A stretch of 64,000 nt of DNA from Lama glama (taxonomy: Eukaryota): assembly GCA_028534125.1 (NCBI GenBank), contig CM052816.1, positions 88,414,001 through 88,478,000 of the forward strand, written 5' to 3'. This document shows positions 52,146 through 64,000 of the stretch, piece after piece. Positions within the stretch are counted from its first letter, which is position 1, and every line of letters starts with the position of its first letter. The position numbers were made by a program, and so were the translations under genes. Under the pieces are notes generated by a model, which was not told the DNA's origin, searched no databases, and was given only the letters and a program-made list of their open reading frames with translations.

Positions 52146-53989
52146 AACACTTAGCTATAAAAAATTTAAAGAGAACACAAATTAACATTAACTGAAAGGA
52201 AAATAGTTGTGCCAGTACATACACTTTCGACTTGAAGCAGAATAAGAGAACAGTGTATTTCTTTCTTGATTTTCAATATTGTATTTAGCAGAGACAAACT
52301 GTATTTATTAGCATAAGGACATAAGGGCAACAATAAAAAATAACAATGACAAGGATTGAAAAGAAAAGAAAACAAAATGCACTATTTAATCAACTGTGAA
52401 TGGATAAAACATCCTCCTTCTTAAATTTGCTTATCATTAACTTTTGAGTATTTTTTTAAAAAAACAGTGGGATATTTACATCCTAATATTAATAACATGA
52501 ATTAGGACAATAAATAACTCCATTAAAACTAATCTGTTGCACCCAAATTTTCTAACAATTAATATAAATTAACTTTATTATAAATTATAATTTAAATTAA
52601 ATTAAATTAAATCAAATCAAATCCATCTTTATTTTGTAGCGTGATTACAGAAAATCAGCTTTCATAAGTAATAATGCATGAGTATCTCTTGGTGCAAAGG
52701 GTCTTGAAATAAATGATTTTCCATCTTGATGTCAGTTTTGTTTAATGATCTTATGGGCAAAATTTAGTCAAATTTTTAATTTGAAAAATCTATTTGAAAC
52801 AAAGAAAACCATAGTTGGGCAACAATTTCTGTACTTTGAAAATTCGCAACTACCATCATAGCAATGACAAAAAAATGTACTTAGACTCGTGTAATTATGT
52901 TTTTTTTATTGCTCTCCATTTTAGTTTTCAAGGACAAATTTTCTGTTAAATTTTATGTATCTTTACCCAGGTCAACCCATAAAAAAATTAGTCATATGTA
53001 TATTTAATTTACAAAATGATTGAAGCAACAGTCACTTCACTATTTTGTATTGCTTATTTTTATTCCACTGATTTTATGTTAAGAGTTAGTTTATAGTCCT
53101 TATATTTAGATTAAAGTGATCACCAATGACTTGCTACATGTGAGCTCAATTTTCCTAAATATAATGTGAATTTTTGACCATTCTGAATATGAAGGTGGCC
53201 TCAATAAAAAATCAATAAAAATATATTTATGATTTAAGTGAAATTCGTTAAGACTGAATACTTAATGAGAACTCATGAGGTGCTTTAACTTACTTAGGAA
53301 ATGAAATTGCTGCCTTTACTTAATATAACTTAAGTAACATACAGTTTTGCTTTTGAATATTAGGTTTCTTTCATCTGGTCCAGCACTATTTTGCAAAGCT
53401 CCTTTCTTTATAAGTGAGAAACGTGATTTGAAATGATCAAGATCCTTTTGTCACATTTATTATTTGCTCAAATTTTATATCATTATGTATCATTATTGAG
53501 TAAAATGAATTACTCTTGAAGGAGGGGTATGAGTCTAACTGTAAAAATGTTCATGAAGTGTAAGGGTGAGGAAGGTATTCAGGTCACAGAAAATTTAGCA
53601 TGTGCTGAAAAACTGAGGAGGCATTTAAAATCCCTTACATTTGGAAATCTTCAAAGCCAAAATATGATTCTTAAATTACAGAAAATGCTTTGTGTTTATT
53701 TTGTGTTGCCTAATTACTTAATAGTGTTTCTTGGTTTTTTTTTCTTTCATAAAAATGCATGATGCTGCTATTGTGGAAATTAATTGACTTAGACCATATG
53801 AAGTAGTGAAATAATACTAGTACCGATTAATACTAATACTAAAAGAAGGAGAAGAGAGGCGAGGAAGGAGAAATTCAATTGCAATAATTTTCACTTTTAA
53901 AGTATTTTATGTCCCAAGCTCTCTGCTACATGCTGTATGTCAATTACCTTATTAAATCATCTTACCAGAATTGCGGGTAAGTATGACAC

Positions 53990-54574
53990 TAGATGAAATT
54001 CTTTTGCCAGAAAAAACAATAGAAAATCCCAATTCAATAAGGAAAACGTATTACCTCATACAGCAAAGATTCGAGAGGTCAGGCACACCCCAGGGGCTTA
54101 ATTCAGTGGCTGCATGATGTCATCAAGAAGCCAGCTTTTTTCTCTATTTTCTGACCTGCCCTCCTCAGCACCTTTGTTCTCGGGCTTTCTCCCTTGATGA
54201 GAGTAAAATGGTTATGAGAGTGTGTGTGAACTTGAGAACTTGTAGTGGAAAAGGTGGGTAACTCTTCTGCCAGTATTATTTTTTAATGAGGAAAATGTCC
54301 CCAGAATCTTTCTAGCAGACTTCTCCAAATAAGATGAATATGAATATAGATATAACCATAAATAAAATATACTTTTTGTCTTTCGGGCAGGATCATAGTC
54401 TCATCACCTTTCCTACATCTATCACTGGCAGAGACAATGAGATTTTAAATGATTAGGATAGAGTAAGCAGGATTTAATAGTGAGTCCAATGAGAGAGAAT
54501 TAAAAATATGAGCAAAGTTGGTAATCTAATAGGGAGATTGAAAGTGAGGTAGGCAGCCACTTATGTCTGCTACA
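53990..54574 (-). mobile_element. Old MaLR LTR (MLT1K-like)
   Basis: ttaattcagtggctgcatgatgtcatcaagaagccag, ccccagaatctttctagcagacttc, ends gtaggcagcca...tgtctgctaca. Confidence 0.65.
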
Positions 54575-55154
54575 GACACTTTCTTTACTGTATAATCAAA
54601 CAAGGGGCGCAAAGAGTGGTGAGATCAGCATGATAGAGACAAGAAATTTCAGAACATGAACTCAATGACAAGCTGTAGGGTTGAAGAGATTTAGTACCTG
54701 GTTCCAGTAAGACAATGCACCGTGATGTACTAGAGGGGAAAAAAGAAAATGAAATTTCCCTGGACTTAAGAAGGCAATGTCTGTGTCAGAATATGTATCA
54801 TTAAGTTATTTTCTGGACCAGGTGTTTAATTCAGAGATCTAGCTAATCCTTTGCATGTCTTTTTTTTTTTAATTCATTTGAGGTGAGAGATTCTAAAGCA
54901 TATTTGAATGTTGATGTAATGATCTTAATACAAAGGAAAAGATGAGTGAAACAGAGAAAATCAAGAAACGTCAGGAGCAATTTGTTTCCTAAGTCACTAA
55001 TGAAGGACAAGGAGAATATTTACTGAGAGACTGATCTTTCACAGGAGGAAATCCTGTATCATGTTTGAGAAGAATGAAAAAAAATGTATATGCCCAGGAA
55101 AGTGTGGAGAATTATGCCTAGAGAATGACGCAGCCAGTGTCTTAGTTCACAGCC

Positions 55155-55214
55155 TCATTATTATCCTCAGATTTAATCTGTCATTATTATCCTCAGTTTT
55201 AATCTGTCATTATT
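55155..55214. repeat. 26-bp tandem duplication (2.3 copies)
   Basis: tcattattatcctcag(a/t)tttaatctg twice plus tcattatt. Confidence 0.95.
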
Positions 55215-56585
55215 GTATTCACCCCTTTATCCACCACATGTTTCTCCTCATATACTATTAATTTTCAAGTTCCTTATAAAATTTAAAATACTATTCGGGA
55301 AAAATATGTGACTAGAAGTCACTCTATGCTTATACAAACTTTAGACCACATGTGCATCACAATGAAAATGTTAACTAAAACAAATATTTAGTGTTTGAAT
55401 GATATTCAAATTTGACTCTATTAAACTATGTGAATAGAGCACACTTTTCTATCAAAAAAATGTAAAGGTTTATATTAAGAAGTCAGAGTGCCAGGTACTC
55501 TAATCAGGCACTCATCTAAATAGAAATGAGCAGGACTAGTACTTAGGATTTAGATGTTGAGCTGAACCAAACTTATTATAAAACAAAAGGTGAACCTATC
55601 ACAACTAAGGTAAGTAACTATCTTATAAAATAAGTTCATATATAACATAGTAAAAAGATGTATTGAATCCAAGGATGACAGATTTGTTGCTGTCCTTGAA
55701 TATACATTTAAATATTTTTTAAATCTGCTTGAAATTAAAAATTATAATACTTTTAATATATTTGTAGCCATGTTTCTTTATAAAATGTCAAGTGACTAAC
55801 ATTTTTGTAATATCATTAATTATATATATATATACTTTTTTTTTCACTCTATTTCTTTGATGTGAGTTGGAGACTTCAGACACGGATATTCATCCCCTCA
55901 ATGCTTAGACTCATGTACCAATAGACCTACTTTAATCAATCTTTCAGGAATCATAAACATACAGGTGTATGCACGTGTAATCAGTTTTCAAAAACAACAC
56001 TTTCTAAATACAGGCATAAAGGAAATATTTACAGGGAATTTTCATTTATAAAGAAAAACTCAAATTGCAACTGTAAATGAACTACTGAGAAAATCACTTT
56101 GGAATACTTGATCAAGTATTTAGAGGTCACTGTAACAATAATCAGATCTTTCTCAAATGCAGTAGTATATATGTGCCATCGTCCAGGGCCAGTGGGAGAT
56201 TGCCTGCTGAAGTAAGAGGCTTTGGAAAAAGCATATGGGATGCTTTAAATGCCCAACTTGGACGTGAAATATAAGACAGATGCACATATTTTGTTTGAGA
56301 GAACTTGGCCTCAAGGCCACACTGAACACCACCAACATCAACATGACTGGCAAATGCAGTCTAGCTACATTTTAAAAAATGAGAAGAGGTTTGGTGGTTT
56401 AATGGTTTCTACCATAACCTCCGAACAAATTAGCAGGAACTCGGCTGAAAAGACAGGCCAGTGGAAGCAATCCTGATTGTAAATTCTTGGCAGGGAAATA
56501 TCTGGTAAATTAGATTTATTTTCTAGTATCTGACTCTATTTGATACAGTGCAACATACCACTATGAAAAAGAAAGCTGTGACAGA

Positions 56586-56642
56586 AAACAAAACAAAACA
56601 AAACAAAACAACAAAAACAGAACGGAAACAAAAAAAACAAAA
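56586..56642. repeat. (AAAAC)n simple repeat
   Basis: Read directly. Confidence 0.9.
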
Positions 56643-57599
56643 GCAATGTACCTGTTTGTCATGTGAAGGTGGTTAAAACCCCGGGGAGTTCAAAACTCTG
56701 AGGGGCACCTCTGGATGGATGCTGCCTTTGTTTGCCGGAGGCTCCAAATTGCAAAATTATCAGCTGCAATTTTCCTCAACAGCTGGAAGATTTGAGCATC
56801 ATAAATTGGAGCACATAGTTCTAATAAACCTTAATTGGGGGCAAAAAAAGTCTAACACGCTCTACAGAACGGTGTTTTCTATTTTGATGATTCTTCCAAC
56901 GAGTCACATTCCTAGAAAGATGCTCTAGGTGCACAGGGATGCTTGTGCTTATTGTCCAAGGTTAGAATGCATGTACATTTAAACCCAGTCACTAACCTGA
57001 AGGCCTGCTGCTGTGCCTGGGTAGCTGGTACTGTAAAGTCTCTAAAATGTAATCACATAGGAATGTTCTAGACAAACCTACAAACCCTGGAGATATTTCT
57101 GGATCTCAGATAAAGATGTCCCCTTGCTTCCTGGTGAGTGCCCCTTCTGCTGTCTTCGGAGCCTTTTAATGTGAGTGGACTTCATTCTGGACAATCTAAT
57201 TCCATCAGAGAGATCTTAATAATGCTTCTCCTCCAAAGAGAAGACATTAGGGTCATAATCTGTGATGCATCCTGTCCCTCACAAGCAGTATCTTCAACAT
57301 CATGCAACACTGCCTGTTCTCGGTGTTGCAACCACATCATAAAAGAGGGGTCTCTGAAATAGTTGCCTTTGTCAGGCTACAAGTCTGTTGTACCATTTCC
57401 AAGGGAAAAAGAGCCCTAATTCCTTTAAGCCAGCATCACTGAAAAGGTATCAGGCCATGAGAATGTCTGAAAGATCATTCAAAAGGCAGTTTGCATTTTC
57501 CCCTATACACAAAAATACTAGTGAATTCTCTACCAATTGAAATGTATTTTTTCTGTCTTCCAAATATTCCACTATACTTGAATTAACCAAGCTCCCTGA

Positions 57600-57815
57600 C
57601 TCTTACCCTCCACTGGGAGCCCAGGGTATAATACTCTGTGCTTTCCCTATTGTAATAACTGTTTGGACATCTTTATTTCTATCTCTTTTCCATAGTCTAC
57701 TAGCTTTAAGAGGAAGTAGGCAGGGTACCTTGTATTTACCACAATGATTTCCATGTGTAGTGCAGTGCCTGACATCATATAGATACTCAATAAATATATC
57801 TTGGTTAAATGAATG
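57600..57815 (+). mobile_element. L2 LINE 3' end
   Basis: tgcagtgcctgacatcatatagatactcaataaatatatcttggttaaatgaatg. Confidence 0.85.
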
Positions 57816-58615
57816 TACCAAAATTTTCCCATCTGTGACTTTAGCCCATTAGTTAAAAGTTTAGGGTTTTGTCACTCCATATTTACTGCCTCTTCTCCAA
57901 AGTGCGTGAGGTAGAAATTACCCTTTTCTGAACAATGTTAAATGTTTACATCACAAGGAAAATAAATAATAAAAATGGTAGACTGAATTTTTCTTCAAGA
58001 AACACTTCTCAATATGTGAAACAATAGGATAGAAACTTGGTTTGGTGACCTCACCTGAATCTCCCTCAGATCATCTCCAAAAATGGACTATGAATTGTAT
58101 CTCATCACGTTTACTATTCATTTTAGCTCTGAGTCAATGGTCAAAAGTAGTTGACATTTAACAGAGAGCACAGAAGCAAAGATTGCAATCTTTTAAATAA
58201 GTTTTAAAATTATCAGACAAAGCATTTTTCTTGCAAATTGCTGGCAGGAAAACTAAGTAACGCTTTTTTTAAAAAAATTTAATCATTGTTGCCATCAATA
58301 AATGAAAAACTCCATAAGTTAATCGGAAAGTAAATTAAGAATCAGCAAGTAAAAAATATAAAATAAAAATGTTCATTTCACACAAAACCTCTGTATCATG
58401 ATTGGTAACACTGCTTTACAGCAATCATGATTTCAGACAGTTGGTCAGATCTTTGATTACTGGAAGAATGATTGGTGTTTGCATGTAGCTTTCTTGGTTA
58501 TCACCTCTTAATCTCCTTTCTATACAAAAAAAGGCAGAAGGATAGTAAGAAGAAAAAGAAGGAGGAGCAGAAAAAACAGAAGAGGAAAAGGAGAAAATAA
58601 AGAAAAAATACTACA

Positions 58616-58860
58616 TGATGGAAGAGTTAATTTTCTATGTCAATTTGGGTAAGCCATAGTAACCAGATATTTGGTCAAATATTATTCTAGATGGTTCTGT
58701 GATAGTATTTTTTAAAGATGAGATCATCATTTAAATCAGTGAACTTTGAGTAAAGCAGAACACCTTCTATAATATGGGTGGCCCACATTCAGTCAGTTAC
58801 AGGCCTTGCTAGAAAAGGGGATTCTGCCAGCAGGCTTCAGAATCACACTGTATTTCTCTC
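58616..58860 (+). mobile_element. ERV-L LTR (MLT2B/C-like), 5' part only
   Basis: gttaattttctatgtcaatttgg, cagatatttggtcaaatattattctagatg, tttgagtaaagcaga. Confidence 0.85.
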
Positions 58861-60830
58861 CTCAAGTTACCATCACATAAGTAAAAAGCCATGGGTCTCT
58901 TTGTGGAAGAACAGAAGAAATCATTGTAATACGCACTGACTGCATCATTGCACAAACCCTTCCTCCTAGCCATCTGTTTCTGCACCAGTAAATGGGGTAT
59001 GGATCTGAAAATTGACACGGTTCCAGAAACTGAGTAGACGGTCAAGACTAGAATGACAGTACGACTCTCATCCTCCTGCTCCTCTATCCTTGCTCTTTTC
59101 TTATGATAGACGTGAAACAGTACCCGAGCTGGTTGCCTGTCCCTGTCCCTGTACCTGTTGCCTGGAGGAACATTATACTCAATAAACTATCTTTTTTTTT
59201 TAATTCTTATTTTTTTATTGAAGTATAGTTGATTTACAATGTTGGTTTCGAGTGCACAGCAGAGTGATTCAATTATACACATATATTATATATATAAATA
59301 AATATTTTTTCCAGATTCTTTCCCCACTGCAGCTCATTACAAGAAGTTGAATATAGTTTCTTGTGTTATACAAAAGGTCCTTGTTGTTTATCTATTTTAT
59401 ATATATTAATGTGTATCTGTTAATTCCAAACTCCTGGTCTATCCTTCCCTCCTCTTTCCCCTTGGTAACCACAGTTTGTTTTCTATGTTCATGAGTCTAT
59501 TTCTGGTTTATAAATAAAATTTGTATTTTTTTTTTAGATTCCATACATAAGCAACATCATATGATATTTGTCTTTCTCTGACTTATGCCATTTGCAGCGA
59601 CATGGATGGACCTAGAGATTATCAGTTAACTATCTTTACCACTGTTTTTAGGCCATGTGCGCCTTAGCTGCTTTTCTGACATCGGTGGTCACGCCTGTTA
59701 TTTTGAGATTCATAGATATTAACAATTCCAGGTTTGTTACTGCCTTTCCTGTCATTAACCCAGTCTTACAGAACAGAGCTACACTTAAGTTTTGGTGGTG
59801 CCTCTCACCGATGCATTTCTGATGGTCTGATGGCCTTGGTTAATGGTGTGTGCTCTGGCTCCTTCTGTGAAACATTCTTCTCTGACAAGTTTCCTGGAGT
59901 CACATAAATTATTCTCTCCAACTTCTCTCTTACTGCAGCATCTTTACTCTTTCATGGAAACTAAGCTACATCTGTTGCTCAACATGGAACATTGCTTTCT
60001 TCTTTCTTCTAGAGAGTTGATACATCCTTATTTTTCCGGGGCCCTTGCCTGAGGGTTAAATCCCCATGTGCTGAGAAGAATTCTTGCTTGTCCCATCTTA
60101 CAATCTGGCCTAATAAGCACCTAGTACCAAAATGCAATCCCTGGGTTACTTCCTTGACCCCTGCCAGTACTTGTCAGCAAATACGCTCTTCCTCATCAGA
60201 TTCAACACATTCCAGTTGGGTTATGTGGCAATTTAATGCTAGTTACCAGCCTGTGACCCAAGGGAGAAGAAATGAAGCTCATGAGGGAAGATGGTCATCT
60301 GTTGCCCTTGTGAGACAGGCTACTGCAGTGTTTTCTAGCATGGATAAAGTGCTAGCTTTCACTAGGGGAGGGTTGGTGAGTCACCTCTGTGAACCCTGAG
60401 GTTCACAGAGACAACATTTTCAGGAGCACCTATATAGATAATCCATCTAGATGTCTTCAATCCCTATATCCTGGTCCCAGATTTTACCAATAATGGTCCT
60501 AGTTTCTTATCATCTCTCTCCCCAGCATCAATACACCCCATCAAAAACCAGTCAACTCCTCATTTCTTTAATGCATTATTCTCCCTCATACCTCAAAAGC
60601 CTGAACCATTGTAAGTGCAATGGCCATCCACTTCAGTGGACTTAAACATTTTCTCCAGTCACCACAGGGGAAATCATGAGCTGTTGGGACTCCATCTTGT
60701 GCTAGGGACCATCCATATCCCATTCACCACACATGGTATCTCTTTTGTTTACCAGGCAGTAAGAAAGCCAGTCCCCAAGCACCATCTACTATGTTTTTCC
60801 TGAGCCATTGTCTGCTACCTCAGTCAACTA
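58860..60830 (-). pseudogene. Degraded ERV-L-class (ERV3-16A3/ERVL-E-like) internal region with gag relic
   Basis: Minus translation from ATG 60785 gives MVLGDWLSYCLVNKRDTMCGEWDMDGP*HKMESQQLMISPVV; downstream pieces ADKYWQ...DCIL and RNASVRG...VALFCKTGLMTGKAVTNLELLISM resemble ERV-L gag; many stops and frameshifts. Confidence 0.7.
59195..59624 (-). mobile_element. L1 3' end with 5' inversion, inserted in the ERV-L relic
   Basis: Poly-T plus minus-strand L1 3' UTR to 59585, then a plus-strand ORF2-end piece 59586-59624; TSD AACTATCTTT. Confidence 0.9.
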
Positions 60831-60839
60831 AGGTCTTCT

Positions 60840-61186
60840 AAAGGAAATTAGATATGACTGATTTTGAGAAGATACTTGCAAAAGATAAAAGTGAAGAAGC
60901 AGTGATAGACAAGGAGAGGATTCAGGCTTTCATGAAGGGATGAATCCCTTAAAATAAGCCAGAGAAATAAGGGGTGTTGAGCAGGAAGTGTCTCAGATTG
61001 TATTTTAGATTATGGGAAATCCCCAACCAGTAGTAGTGCCTTGGCTCTGTTGTATCTATACCATCTTCAGTCATTGGTTGGTGGGCAGCCAGAAAGCATG
61101 TCTTCATGTCCTTGACATGAAAATGGGGACCCTTCTAGAAGTGTGGACCCTCAGCAAGAGATCTAAGTGTTTTCTTGACCACCATA
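60840..61186 (-). mobile_element. Probable 5' LTR of the ERV-L relic (LTR40/41/16-like)
   Basis: Lies just upstream of the gag ATG on the minus strand; tcagtcattggttggtgggcagcc and gcaggaagtgtctcagattg resemble old ERV-L LTRs. Confidence 0.5.
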
Positions 61187-62217
61187 TTGTTGAAACACTA
61201 ATTGATACCCTTCAGAAGTATTTAAACATATAATTGTGAGGCTTTTATATATATATAATCCTTTCCATAAAATTGTGAGCAAGATCTAGATTGAATAAAT
61301 AGAATGACAATAGTAAAATCATCAGCAATGTCACCAAAAGTTTTGGAGTTCGAAACTTGGTTGCTTATAAATTGTTTTTAATTCTAGGCTTTTCTGCTGA
61401 ACTTAATGAAATTGTTAAAAATCAATCTTTGCTATGAAGAATGATTTGTATTTCATAAATGTTACATACAATATAAGCACTCTTGTTATAAATTAATTTA
61501 TAATTGTGTGACCACTGACCTGAATTTAATAATTAATCTGATCACTACATTTCTACACAGATACAATGTATAGCTGTTTGATATATGATGTTAGCAAAGT
61601 GGTACTAACAACACCATATGGTTATTGTCTCTGGATTTTATTCAAATCTGCAAAATATTGAAACAGTTTATTGTCAGCTATATTAGCTATTTCTCTGTTA
61701 TTTTTATAAATTCTTGCATAATGAAAGTTGATAACTCTACTGATTTCCCATGACAGAATCTTGAAAGAAAAAGGACACAAAACATAAGCTACAAATTTCA
61801 ATATTTGGGGATGACAGTTGTCAGGTCTCTCTATGGAGAAAGCTATGGAACTCTAACATTCCTAAAATTTGGAGATAAAACGAAGTTAAATAAAGTTTCT
61901 TTTATTTCACTTTTATATGCCAGTCATCTTATGTTAACTAGAAGAATTTACTCCTATAAGATCTACATTCTGTATGTGTTCAAAACATACACATATCAAC
62001 ATAATCTAGGTAAAAGAATTCAGATAATTATAGCAGGTCATAACAAAAGACTTTTTTGTGAAGAATGCCATGGAGGTTGGATGAAATACATATCTTTTCA
62101 ATTAAATAGAGTTTATAAAAGAAAGTACAGTATTGTTCAACTATAGGGTTGCATTTTTTTCTTTTTTTTCAGTTTTATTGAGGTAAAGTTGACAATGAGT
62201 ACAAAAGTTGTAAGATA

Positions 62218-63469
62218 AAAATGAAACCTCCTAGAAGAAAATATAAGCAAAACATTATCTGACATACATCTCAAAATGTTCTCCTAGGGCAGTCTATCCA
62301 AGCAATAGAAATACAAGCAAGAATAAACTTATGGGACCTAGTTAAACTTGCAAGCTTCTGCACAGTAAAGGAAACCATAAGTAAAACAAAACAACAACCT
62401 ACAGAATGTGAGAAAATTTTTGCAAACGATGAAACCAACAAAGGCTTGATCTCCAGAATATATAAGCAGCTCATATGACTTAATAAGAAAAAAACAAACA
62501 ACCCAATCCAAAAATGGGCAGAAGACCTAAACAAGCAATTCTCCAAAGAATAAACACAAACAATCAATAGGCACATGAAAAAAATGCTCTACATCACTAA
62601 TTATCAGAGAAATGCAAATCAAAACTACAATGAGGTATCACCTCACACCAGCCAGAATGGCCATCATTCAAAAGTCCACAAATGACAAATGCTGGAGAGA
62701 CTGTGGAGAAAAGGGAACCCTCCTACACTGCTGGTGGTAATGCAGTTTGGTGCAGCCACTGTGGAAAACAGTATGGAGATTCCTCAAAAGACTAGGAATA
62801 GACTTACTATATGACCCAGGAATCCCGCTCCTGGGCATATATCCAGAAGGAACCCTACTTCAGGATGACACCTGTACCCCAATGTTCATAGCAGCACTAT
62901 TTACAATAGCCAAGACATGGAAGGAAACTAAATGTCCATCAACAGATGACTGGATAAAGAAGATATGGTGTATTTATACAATGGAATACTATTCAGCCAT
63001 AAAAACCAACAACGTAACACCATTTGTAGCAACATGCATATTCCTGGAGAATGTCATTCTAAGTGAAGTAAGCCAGAAAGAGAAAGAAAAATACCATATG
63101 AGATTGCTCATATGTGGAATTAAAAAAAAACAATAAAGAACATAAATACTAAACAGAAACAGACTCATAGACATAGAATACAAAATTACAGTTGCCAAGG
63201 GGACAGGGGGTGGGAAGGGACAGACTGGGATTTCAAAATTTGTAGATACTGACAGGCATATACAGAATAGATAAACAAGATTATAATGTATAGCACAGGG
63301 AAATATATACAAGATTTTGTGGTAGCTCACAGTGAAAAAAAAAGTGACAATGAATATATGTACGTTCATGTATAACTGAAAAATTGTGCTCTACACTGGA
63401 ATTTGACACAACATTGTAAAATGACTATAACTCAATAAAAAAATGTAACAACACAAAAAAAGAAAAAAA
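62218..63469 (+). mobile_element. Young 5'-truncated L1 (ORF2 3' part, 3' UTR, A tail)
   Basis: Clear ORF2 homology, AATAAA at 63434 and A-rich tail; 3' end shared with the short tails at 23395, 24149 and 50077. Confidence 0.95.
62690..63136 (+). pseudogene. L1 ORF2p C-terminal (Cys-rich) relic
   Basis: [17 protein letters not shown], then [13 protein letters not shown]...TPMFIAALFTIAKTW...YTMEYYSAIK; in-frame TAA at 62738. Confidence 0.95.
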
Positions 63470-63689
63470 GTGTTTTGGGGATCTAATGTACAGCATGGTA
63501 ATTATAATGAAAGAAAAGATCTTAAGTATTCTCACCGCAAACAAACAAAAAGTTACTACACCTATTCTTTTAAAAGTAGTACAAACTTAGATCTATTCTT
63601 TGTTTTTGTGTGTTTTCTCTCATTACAGTCAGTATTTATTTTACCCAATTGTTTGTTCCTCCCTTTCGTGAAGTAGGATTATACCCTTA

Positions 63690-64000
63690 TCAATTGCAAT
63701 CTGAGGGCAAGTTCTTTGAGGGAGGGGCTTGAGCATGTTACTTTCTTTGACCAATGAGCTTTGAGTAGGCATGACATGTGACAATTCTGAGTGAAAGTTT
63801 TAAGCCATTGCGTATTTTGTCAGTTTCCATGCTCTTTCTCTCTACCAAAAGAACGATATGTGTCAAATAAGGTTGTAGTTTAACTTCCATCCCAGAATGT
63901 TAAGACATATAGAAGAGAGCTGCATCAGGGAACTCACAATCCTGGCATACAGTGAGAATAATATATGGATGTTTCTTGTAAGATGTGGGATTTGGGGGAA
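63690..64000 (+). mobile_element. Old MaLR LTR (MLT1I-like)
   Basis: ttgaccaatgagctttgagtaggcatgacatgtgacaattctgag...ttttaagccattgcgt...gatttggggg. Confidence 0.7.

Noticed and set aside
55554..55609. Plus-strand exon candidate ending AAG|gtaagt (DVELNQTYYKTKGEPITTK)
   Set aside because: Strong donor but no polypyrimidine tract and no recognisable homology
62747..63136. Functional CDS
   Set aside because: L1 ORF2 remnant with an upstream in-frame stop, frameshifts and 5' truncation
1..64000. CRISPR array, operon or other novel multi-gene system
   Set aside because: The sequence is mammalian repeat-rich DNA with no repeat-spacer array, no long intact ORFs and no recognisable host exons

Overview
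AT-rich, repeat-dense mammalian non-coding DNA (gene desert or large intron), almost certainly from a camelid. The evidence is a vic-1-type tRNA-derived SINE at about 35.6 kb, young L1 3' ends, and no ruminant, pig, primate or rodent SINEs that I could see. Two 500-N gaps (6164-6663, 45358-45857) split the window into three contigs. I recognise no host protein-coding gene, RNA gene or CRISPR array. The only clear protein homologies are dead retroelement relics: an L1 ORF2 C-terminus (62.2-63.1 kb) and an ERV-L-class gag (about 58.9-60.8 kb). Repeats include MIR, L2, old and young L1, MaLR/ERV-L/ERV1 LTRs and Tigger/hAT MITEs; family names come from my recall of consensus sequences and need RepeatMasker/Dfam confirmation. 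The best-supported curiosities are mechanistic: a twin-primed 5'-inverted L1 with TSDs, an L1 tail that duplicated a MER8 terminal repeat, an MLT2 LTR nested in MLT1 with a perfect 5-bp TSD, and an LTR that retains CCAAT/TATA but has lost its polyA signal. A few weak exon, hairpin and enhancer candidates are listed at low interest. I found no support for a novel biological system.
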